Below are positions 49,613 through 57,873 of a stretch of 64,000 nt of DNA, one piece after another. This DNA comes from Candidatus Liberibacter europaeus (GTDB taxonomy: Bacteria; Pseudomonadota; Alphaproteobacteria; Rhizobiales; Rhizobiaceae). Position 1 is the first letter of the stretch. Every line of letters begins with the position of its first letter. The notes under the pieces are model-generated. The model was not told the DNA's origin and searched no databases. It saw only the letters and a program-made list of their open reading frames with translations. The stretch spans positions 2,980-66,979 of the forward strand of contig PSQJ01000005.1 of assembly GCA_003045065.1 (NCBI GenBank), in the 5' to 3' direction. Made by a program: the position numbers and the translations under genes.

Positions 49613-50672
49613 AGAAAGAAATAAAATGAAATCCCGTGATAGAAAATTATCTTCAGTAGAAGAATTATACGAGGCTAATCTCATTGATAAGCAACAAATT
49701 GATTCTTTGAAAAAGATCTCAGATCGTTATGCAGTTGCACTAACTTCTACTATTGTCAATCTCATTGATACTAATAATCATAACGATCCAATTGCACGTC
49801 AATTTATTCCCAGACAAGAAGAAATGAATGTTCTACCGGAGGAACAAGAAGATCCTATTGGAGATTTATCACATAGTCCTATAAAAGGGATAGTACATCG
49901 TTATCCAGATAGAGTATTGCTCAAATTATTACATATATGCCCAGTATATTGTCGTTTTTGTTTTCGTAGAGAAATTGTTGGATCAGAAGACAGCGGAGTG
50001 TTATCCTCAGACGATATGGCTTCTGCTTTTTCCTATATTAAAGAAAATCCACAAATATGGGAAGTTATACTAACAGGCGGAGATCCACTGATTCTATCAA
50101 TCAATCGTTTAAAAAAAATAATAAAAACTTTGATGGATATAAAACATGTCAAGATATTACGTTTTCATAGTAGAGTTCCTATAGTTGATCCATCACGTAT
50201 CACGCATGAATTAATCCAATGTTTTAAAGAATCAGATAAATCCATATATATTGCCATACATGCTAATCATCCATCTGAATTTTCGAAAGAAGCTCTCTCT
50301 GCGATTTCTAGACTTGTTGATGCCGGCATAATTCTTTTAAGTCAATCAGTTTTGCTTAAAGGTGTGAATGATGATCCTGAAATTATGTCTAATCTTATGA
50401 AGATTTTTGTAGAATCGCGTATCAAACCATATTACTTACATCATCCAGATCTTGCTCCTGGAACGAGCCATTTTCGTATTACTATTGAGGAAGGACTAAA
50501 AATTTTTTCAAATTTAAAAGAGAAAATTTCAGGTTTATGTCAACCTTCTTATATTCTTGATATTCCTGGAGGATACGGAAAGATTAGGCTTGATAGCTGC
50601 CATATTAAAAAACAAGATAATGGATCATACATAATAACTGATTATAACAACATTGTTCATCGCTATCCATAA
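49599..50672 (+). CDS. epmB: Lysine 2,3-aminomutase-like radical SAM enzyme
   Basis: CPVYCRFCFRR cluster and the KamA family pattern. The likely start is the ATG at 49626. Confidence 0.85.
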   Translation: MLSIKERNKMKSRDRKLSSVEELYEANLIDKQQIDSLKKISDRYAVALTSTIVNLIDTNNHNDPIARQFIPRQEEMNVLPEEQEDPIGDLSHSPIKGIVHRYPDRVLLKLLHICPVYCRFCFRREIVGSEDSGVLSSDDMASAFSYIKENPQIWEVILTGGDPLILSINRLKKIIKTLMDIKHVKILRFHSRVPIVDPSRITHELIQCFKESDKSIYIAIHANHPSEFSKEALSAISRLVDAGIILLSQSVLLKGVNDDPEIMSNLMKIFVESRIKPYYLHHPDLAPGTSHFRITIEEGLKIFSNLKEKISGLCQPSYILDIPGGYGKIRLDSCHIKKQDNGSYIITDYNNIVHRYP

Positions 50673-50945
50673 GGATCATCAGCTTAATTAACAGATTAAA
50701 CAAAATTATACCATATCATTATAATATACAATATAAGACAATTTAATTAGAATTACTTGATATAACTTTGATATTGTTAAAACACGCAGCGTAACTAAAA
50801 ATACTGCGATATATAATAAATAACTTCACATAATTGATATTAATACTTTTAGTAAATTATAATATAAAATTTATGCCGTTAAATCAATATCTTAATCGAC
50901 CCCTAACCCTAGATTTAACAGTAATTTAAGACGGTTGATTCTACT

Positions 50946-51512
50946 TTATTTTCTTTTTGCAATCCCGTACCTTTTCAACAACAATTCTGCCTCAACTGCT
51001 CGTCTTGCAACTAATCACTTTAACCTTTTTCCACCTGCAAATACCCACTTTTTACATTCTTGAGAAGCGTTAGTCCAATCTTCGTTATCAACACATTTAC
51101 GTAATGTACTAAACTTATATTGTCCTATACCTAGATTAAAAACAAAATCTCCAATTGTTGATATACGATTTTCGCTTGTATTCTAAAAAATTGGGGAAAC
51201 CTTAAAAATTTGGCTTAAACAATTCGAAGAATCTTGGTTGAAAAAACCTCTTCCATAATTGCTGATATACGATTTTCATTTGTATTAAGTAGGATTGGAG
51301 AAGTGTTAAATACCTGATTTTAAAACTTTAAAAACATTGAGTATAAGTAAATCATCCGCTCAATCTTTTGATATCTGCATATTCTCACAAACATCAAATC
51401 CAGTATGGCCATAGCCTATACTCCTAACAACCGCAGGATATCTATAGGGTTTTAAGCCTAAACCATCAAAATGTTTAATCAATGTGATTAGTAATGACGG
51501 GAATGTAATCAT
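50946..51512 (-). pseudogene. GH24 phage lysozyme (endolysin) with multiple in-frame stops
   Basis: MITFPSLLITLIKHFDGLGLKPYRYPAVVRSIGYGHTG ... GDFVFNLGIGQYKFSTLRKCVDNEDWTNASQECKKWVFAGGKRLK*LVARRAVEAELLL. There are at least six nonsense codons and an internal direct duplication of about 100 bp (51159/51263). Confidence 0.75.
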
Positions 51513-51631
51513 ACCTGCCCTTCTTTAAATTAATTATCAGTTAAATATAATTTAAAGTTGACTCAAATAAGCAAAATATGCCTTTAGTACACTTAATAGT
51601 TGTTTATTAACGATAAGAGAGGTAATATTTT

Positions 51632-52159
51632 ATGAATATCAAAAAAATAGCGTTGGTTTCTTTGTTATCATCAACTGCTATGATGAGTGGATGTGATTTA
51701 TCTGGTTCTAAACCAGTACAGCCATCAATTGGTAACAACAACACTGAAGAAGCCGCTCAGCAAGCAGAAGAACTAGCAGAGCAAGAATCAAAGGCTAAAG
51801 CAGACCAAGAGGCAAAGGACAAAGCAGACCAAGAGGCAAAGGACAAAGCAGACCAAGAGGCAAAGGTCAAAGCAGAGCAATAATCAAAGGCTAAAGCAGA
51901 CCAAGAGGAACAAGCTAGAAAAGCAGAGCAAGAGAAAATCAAAGTAGAGCAAGCTAGAATCAAAACAGAGCAAGAAGCAAAAGCTGCAGAAGATGCTAAA
52001 ATAGCAGAACAAGCTAGAATAGCAAAAGATGCAGAGGATGCAACAACACCAACTGATAGCAGCGTTTCAACAGAAGGTATCACACCAAATGAAGATAAAT
52101 TAAAACAAGAATAAGCTAAAGTAACAGAAGCTAAAAAAGACCAAGTGAATCTTAATTGA
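51632..52159 (+). pseudogene. Repeat-rich lipoprotein; the frame continues through two TAA codons
   Basis: MNIKKIALVSLLSSTAMMSGC lipobox. The first ORF ends at 51883 (TAA), and the same frame carries the same K/A/E/Q-rich composition to 52111, then to 52159. Confidence 0.55.
51797..51880 (+). repeat. About 3.5 x 24-bp tandem repeat (KADQEAKD)
   Basis: aaagcagaccaagaggcaaaggac occurs at 51797, 51821 and 51845. Confidence 0.9.
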
Positions 52160-52164
52160 TTCAA

Positions 52165-52615
52165 TTATGTCTCTTCTGAACTATTTTATCAGTATACCAG
52201 AAACCTAGTATACAAGCGATAATCTCTTTTTCGAAGGGGTTTAAGATTGAAAGAGGGCTTCTGTCAAAGATGCCCTCTTTCACACTCCACCATACCAATA
52301 ACTGATAAACAATAATCCAAAAAAGAGTTATGAACGGGTAGCGGTTATTAACCCCGCCTCCTCTTTTTAATTCTCATACTTCTATCGCAAAACCAATAAC
52401 CAACAATACAAACAACAAGTTCCTGTTCAAAATATCCAAGAACGATATTAAATAATTCAATAGAGATACCGTCTTGAATTATAGCTGATGTCAATATGAC
52501 TATTTTAAACCCACTGAATCGTTATTAAAGGTCATATAAGAGAACCCAAACCTTCTATCCACTTAATTCCACTTTTGACATTTTGTGATTTAATGCGAGC
52601 TAGTCTTATCGGTAT
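52165..52615 (-). pseudogene. Two fragments of holin-like genes (paralogs of 16870-17451)
   Basis: 52165-52325 is near-identical to 16975-17155 and ends ...GFWYTDKIVQKRHN*. 52345-52615 encodes a diverged C-terminus (GYFEQELVVCIVGYWFCD), and 52555-52615 matches 17175-17255. Confidence 0.55.
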
Positions 52616-52619
52616 ATTA

Positions 52620-52998
52620 AAGATGATGTCATGTCTATCCCAACTCAAAAGACAAAAGTACAGGTTCATATACCTATCGCCCCTGCTCTAAAAAAGCGAC
52701 ACCTTATAGTGCTGAGGTATTTTTACCATCCGCACGTGGGAAAATGTTTGCTAATCCTGTGGCGTTCGGGGATTGGTTTAAAGGTCAATGCAAAAAATCG
52801 GGATTACCTAATGACTGTGGATGTCATGGATTGCGAAAAGCAGGAGCAACTATATTAGCAAATGCAGGAGCTAGTTCATATGAATTAATGGCTATGTATG
52901 GATGGTCAAAATCAAATATGGCTGAAGTATATACCAAAGATGCAGATAGGAAAAAATTAGCTTCTTATACTGTAAATTTGCTTGCAAAAAACATATAA
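52620..52998 (+). pseudogene. Tyrosine recombinase (phage integrase), C-terminal fragment with a frameshift
   Basis: CHGLRKAGATILANAGASSYELMAMYGWSKSNMAEVYTKDADRKKLA is the catalytic His/Arg...Tyr region. The upstream part is in another frame, and the N-terminal two thirds are absent. Confidence 0.7.
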
Positions 52999-53171
52999 AA
53001 GGTGTGCAAGATCGTTGCAAAAACCGTGTAAAATCAAGGATTCAATCTTTGATAGAAATTTACTTAAGTGTTTGACTTTACAGTATAATAGTATTACTTA
53101 ACATAAATATGCAGATTGCCCATTGAAATGAAAAACCTTCTTGAAATAAATGGCTATTTTACCTTACTACT

Positions 53172-53740
53172 TTAAGAAGGATGTATTTCAATTTCAATGC
53201 GTTTGTTATTTTGACGTCCTTCTTGAGTATCATTTGTATATATTGGAAACTTATAAGCATATCCTCTAGAATGAATTCTTTGCTGTATCACATTATTGGA
53301 TATTAATTCATCATAATAACATAAGCATACTTTTGTGAAAGATCCATATTGTGCTGCAATGTTCCAACTGAATCCGTATGCCCACTAATTGCAATTGATG
53401 TGTTTTTAAATTTATTCAAAACAACAGAAATTTATTCTAAAATAGGCAAGATATCTTCGTTTAGTACCAATTCATTGGATCTGAATACAATGTGAGATGG
53501 CATGTTTAGTATAATTTAATCGTTAATAATTATACTAACAGTAATACCTGTATCCTGTAATCGCATACGCAGTTCATCTTCAGCCTTGTATAAATAACTT
53601 CCAAACCTTCTGCTAAAAACAGTCTCCATATTTCCCTTATAATATTTTGATTTCAAAAGATTATTGCGGACATTTATATTAGTTACACAACTTTTGAGAA
53701 TAGTTGCTATAAGGACAAAAATGCCTAATTCATCTATCAT
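53172..53740 (-). pseudogene. OmpA/MotB-like peptidoglycan-binding protein, disrupted
   Basis: The segments are MIDELGIFVLIATIL..., then VFRSNELVLNEDILPILE*ISVVLNKFKNTSIAISGHTDSVG, then after a frameshift RGYAYKFPIYTNDTQEGRQNNKRIEIEI. There are two stops and one frameshift. Confidence 0.65.
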
Positions 53741-53944
53741 TCCAACTATTCCTTTTCAACTTATTTATATGAATAGTAAAAATAAGAAAATGATTGTGCA
53801 ATCCATTAATTGATAATTAAAAAAATTTTATTACCTAAAAAAATACATTGATTCCTTGTTTTTTTGTAAATTATTTGTAGATTCAGATTAACGCACTATC
53901 CTATCCATATCAGTTTTCAAGGTAGTAAAGTTAGTAGTAGTAAA

Positions 53945-56194
53945 ATGTCGCAGAGCAAAGAAGAATCTTTTTTTTCAAAATACAAAACAAATAAAATTCC
54001 TTTAAATGAAGATTTTGATTATCTTGATCAATTAAATCCTCAGCAAAAGTATGCTGTCACAAATATTGATGAAAATCCTCTTTTAATACTGGCGGGCGCA
54101 GGTACTGGTAAAACTAAAGTTTTGGTATCTCGCATGTTTCATTTAATCAGTCAAAAAAAAATCCCTCCTTATAAAATAATTGCTATTACCTTTACCAATC
54201 AAGCAATGAAAAATATAAAAGATAGATTTTCTCTTTTTATAAAAAATATTCCAAAAATTAGCACTTTTCATTCTTTTTGCGCTGAAGTACTACGAAGACA
54301 TTGTAATGTAATTAATATGTCTTCGAATTTTAATATTCTTGATAGGTATTTATGTCGCAAAATTGTAAAAGAACTTATACATTACATGAAAATTGATGAA
54401 AAAAAATGTTCTATAACTTGGATAATGGATAGAATAGATCATTGGCAAAATCATGGATTTAATCCAGAGGAAATAGAAACTTCTTCTTTAGCAGAAAATG
54501 AAGAAATTCCACATAAAATTTATACTAGCTATATGAAGCGTTTACAAGAACAAGAAAATTTGGATTTCGGAGGATTAATTATAAAAGCAATTGAAGTGCT
54601 ACGTAATCCTCATGTTTTAAAACAATATCATCAAAAAATTTCTTATATAATGGTAGATGAATATCAGGATGTTAATCCTGCTCAATACATGTTGTTACGG
54701 TTATTGTGCCAAAGAAACGATATAGAACAAGGAATTAATTTATGTTGTGTTGGTGATGAAGATCAATGTATTTATGAATGGAGGGGTTCAAAAGTTGATC
54801 ATATTACGCATTTTCAAAAAGATTTTAAAGACTCTAACATAATAAAACTTGAACAAAATTACCGATCGACATCTCATATTTTAAATGTAGCTAATCAATT
54901 GATTTCTAATAATAAAAATCGACTTGATAAAAGATTGTTTACACAACAAGATTCTTACAATGCTTCAAAGGTTAAACTACATGTGAGTCGAAATAGTGAA
55001 TCCGAATTATTCACTATAGTTTCAGAAATTAAAAAATGCATAAATATAGGTATTCCTCTAAGCAATATAGCAGTTCTGGTACGTATATCTTTACAAACAC
55101 GCAGTTTTGAAACTGCATTTATGGATCAAGGAATTCCCTATAAAGTAATAGGAGGCGGATTTTATGATCGCCTAGAAATTCGCAATGCTATTTCTTATTT
55201 GCGTTTAGTATGTAATAAAAAAAACGATTCTGATTTTATAGAAATCATCAATTTGCCTAAAAGAGGAATAGGCAAAGAAAGCTTAAACAAAATAAAATCA
55301 CACGCAGAACGAAACCAAATATCACTGTTTAAAGCAACAGAAGAAATCATTGAAGCAAAAGCATTACAACCAAAAAAAATCAAAACGCTACAAAATTTTG
55401 TAAATGATATTTATCGTTGGGGAGACAACTTAAAAAACCACTCCGAATCTAACAATGTTGCTAAAATCATCCTTGAAGAAAGCGGATATCTTGCCATATG
55501 GAAGGATGATAAATTTTCAGAAGAATCGCGAGAACGTTATGAATATCTAACAAGCCTTATCTCAATTGCAAGAGAATACGAAACCATACAGCAATTTATT
55601 GTAAATGCATCTTTTAGAGAAGATAATAATAATCATTTATCTCAATCTCCTGATTATGTACAAATTATGACCTTACATGCTGCAAAGGGACTGGAATTTG
55701 ATACAGTTTTTATTTCAGGATGGGAACAAGGATTATTTCCCCACCAACGTTCACTTGATGCACAAGATTATGAAAAAGAATTAGAGGGAGAACGTCGACT
55801 CGCATATGTTGGCATTACTCGAGCACGAAATAATTGCCACTTATTTTATGTTCTTGATAGAAGACCTAATATTTATTCTAAATATAATTCAGATAATTAT
55901 AAAAATGAACCTTCCCAATTTTTATTAGAATTATATAATCCAGATTGCGTTGAAGAAATAATTCATGATGATATTTATGGGCGATTATCTGATTATCGGG
56001 ATAATTTATACGATAAAAGTCACATTTCGAGCACAACACATACTAAATTTCAAGTTGGAAATCTGATAGAACATGAAAAATTAGGTACAGGTACTATACT
56101 TTTAGTTTCAGGTAATAAAGTATACGTTGATTTTAATAATGCTAATCCAAAATGGATATCAGATAGCTTTATAAATAAGATCCAAGCGCTGTAA
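53945..56194 (+). CDS. uvrD: ATP-dependent DNA helicase, UvrD/PcrA family
   Basis: 749 aa with AGAGTGKT, DEYQDVN, YRST, LHAAKGLEFD and a C-terminal Tudor-like tail. Confidence 0.88.
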   Translation: MSQSKEESFFSKYKTNKIPLNEDFDYLDQLNPQQKYAVTNIDENPLLILAGAGTGKTKVLVSRMFHLISQKKIPPYKIIAITFTNQAMKNIKDRFSLFIKNIPKISTFHSFCAEVLRRHCNVINMSSNFNILDRYLCRKIVKELIHYMKIDEKKCSITWIMDRIDHWQNHGFNPEEIETSSLAENEEIPHKIYTSYMKRLQEQENLDFGGLIIKAIEVLRNPHVLKQYHQKISYIMVDEYQDVNPAQYMLLRLLCQRNDIEQGINLCCVGDEDQCIYEWRGSKVDHITHFQKDFKDSNIIKLEQNYRSTSHILNVANQLISNNKNRLDKRLFTQQDSYNASKVKLHVSRNSESELFTIVSEIKKCINIGIPLSNIAVLVRISLQTRSFETAFMDQGIPYKVIGGGFYDRLEIRNAISYLRLVCNKKNDSDFIEIINLPKRGIGKESLNKIKSHAERNQISLFKATEEIIEAKALQPKKIKTLQNFVNDIYRWGDNLKNHSESNNVAKIILEESGYLAIWKDDKFSEESRERYEYLTSLISIAREYETIQQFIVNASFREDNNNHLSQSPDYVQIMTLHAAKGLEFDTVFISGWEQGLFPHQRSLDAQDYEKELEGERRLAYVGITRARNNCHLFYVLDRRPNIYSKYNSDNYKNEPSQFLLELYNPDCVEEIIHDDIYGRLSDYRDNLYDKSHISSTTHTKFQVGNLIEHEKLGTGTILLVSGNKVYVDFNNANPKWISDSFINKIQAL

Positions 56195-56415
56195 AAATAT
56201 CAATCCTAAATATAAAAATAAAATTAGTATTTCAGTATTTTTTAAAATTACTTTTCGCACTTTTTAACAGCAACCCTATATATTTTCACCTTCTTACAAT
56301 TAAACCTTTCAACTTCTTACATCATAAAAAAACTCAAATTATAAATTATACCATTAGTGTAAGAATGTGATTTAATCTTGTAAATGAATGAATATTAATT
56401 TAAGAAGGTGAGCTG

Positions 56416-57249
56416 CTAAATAAGCAATAAAGCTGTTACAAACATGATAAGACTAAAACCAATTTCAAGGTATTTTTTCCTTATCATGTAAGAAAATTTA
56501 GCAGATATCGGACATATTATGATACTAATAGGTAGAATTATCATGATAGCTCCAATATTAACAAAACCAATAGACATTGGATGATTTCCCGCAACACCCA
56601 ATCCAGTATAAATACGAACGATCAGTCCAGGAATAGAAATCAAAACACTAACTCCTGTTGCTATTGCTGATGCTTGATTAATCGAACGTCCGTATAACAA
56701 CATCAAGATAGTACTTAGGATACCGCCACCCACTCCTAGGATTCCAGATACAATACCTATTATCATGCCTAAAATATATTTGAGAAAACCGTCGGGAAAA
56801 TCATGTTTCAAAACCCAACGATCTTTTACTAACATTAAAAAACCTATCAATACGCAAAAAACAGCAAATGCTCTTTGTAAATATGTATGATCTATATTAG
56901 AAACCATAAATGATGTCAGAATCGAGCTAGCAGGAAGTACAATCATCCAAGATTTAAGGATTTTTATATCAACCGTCCCTCGACGTTTATGCTCTATAAA
57001 TGCCATAATAGAAGTTGGAGCTATAACTCCTAAAGATGTGCCTATTGCAAGATTCATACAGATCGAATGTTCTACTCCAATTAATTGAAATCCTTTAAAT
57101 AATATTGGAGTCATTACCAAACCGCCGCCTATTCCAAATAATCCGGAGATAATTGCAAATAGCAAACTAGAACCAAAAAGCAAAAAAACATAATCCACAA
57201 CAAAAGCCCTTAAAAAATGTGGTAAACTACTATAAATATACATGTACAT
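56416..57249 (-). CDS. TSUP (TauE/SafE) family permease
   Basis: 277 aa polytopic protein with a duplicated GIGGG-type motif (GLFGIGGGLV; GILGVGGGIL). The start is uncertain. Confidence 0.8.
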   Translation of the reverse strand: MYMYIYSSLPHFLRAFVVDYVFLLFGSSLLFAIISGLFGIGGGLVMTPILFKGFQLIGVEHSICMNLAIGTSLGVIAPTSIMAFIEHKRRGTVDIKILKSWMIVLPASSILTSFMVSNIDHTYLQRAFAVFCVLIGFLMLVKDRWVLKHDFPDGFLKYILGMIIGIVSGILGVGGGILSTILMLLYGRSINQASAIATGVSVLISIPGLIVRIYTGLGVAGNHPMSIGFVNIGAIMIILPISIIICPISAKFSYMIRKKYLEIGFSLIMFVTALLLI

Positions 57250-57409
57250 AATACATAAATCAGCTACAAGCGATATATCAACCGTATATATACAATCTAT
57301 AATAGAAATAGCGGATTGTTTGACTAAAAATCAGTATAATTATACAATATTCATTACATCAAAAGTGTCACTTGATGTATAATGCAATTAATATAGGACA
57401 AAATATTTA

Positions 57410-57802
57410 ATGAATACACAACATCATTCTTCTGGTAAACTAACACTCAAAGTTCAAACCATGCCAACTGATACTAATCTAGACGGAAATATTTTCGGCG
57501 GATGGATTATGTCTCAGATTGACATTGCATGTAGCATACATGCATCTCAGATATGCAAAAGCCGTGTAGTAACGAGAGCTGTAAAGGAATTGTTATTTGA
57601 AAAGCCTATTAAAGTAGGAGATTTAGTTCATATTTATACTAAAACTCTTGCAGTTGGTAGAACTTCCATAACAATATATTGCGATGTGTGGACTTGTTGT
57701 CGCGACGATCAGGATACACTAAAAAAAGTATCAGAAGCAACTGTTACTATGGTTTGCGTTAATGATCAAGGTTTACCAAAATCAATTAACAAAATATTAT
57801 GA
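57410..57802 (+). CDS. Acyl-CoA thioesterase (hotdog fold, YciA-like)
   Basis: 130 aa with MPTDTNLDGNIFGGWIMSQID. Confidence 0.8.
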   Translation: MNTQHHSSGKLTLKVQTMPTDTNLDGNIFGGWIMSQIDIACSIHASQICKSRVVTRAVKELLFEKPIKVGDLVHIYTKTLAVGRTSITIYCDVWTCCRDDQDTLKKVSEATVTMVCVNDQGLPKSINKIL

Positions 57803-57873
57803 ATAAAATGTACCTTCTATAGTTTTATTGATAATTGTTTCCGTGTGAAAAATTATTCTTTAGGCTTTTTAAA

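Larger units (their letters stand above)
50700..53160. mobile_element. Decayed prophage end (second copy of the lysis/lipoprotein module plus an integrase fragment)
   Basis: Segments are homologous to 16.5-17.26 kb. All phage-derived genes here are disrupted. Confidence 0.7.

Noticed and set aside
51757-52164. 135-aa minus-strand ORF (S/A/C-rich)
   Set aside because: It is the antisense mirror of the K/A/E/Q repeat lipoprotein frame. Its composition is purely the complement of the repeat.
52990-53110. tRNA or tRNA-fragment att site after the integrase fragment (aaggattcaatctttg)
   Set aside because: It resembles a T-arm only loosely. No acceptor stem or complete cloverleaf could be built, and no tRNA gene was recognised anywhere in the window.
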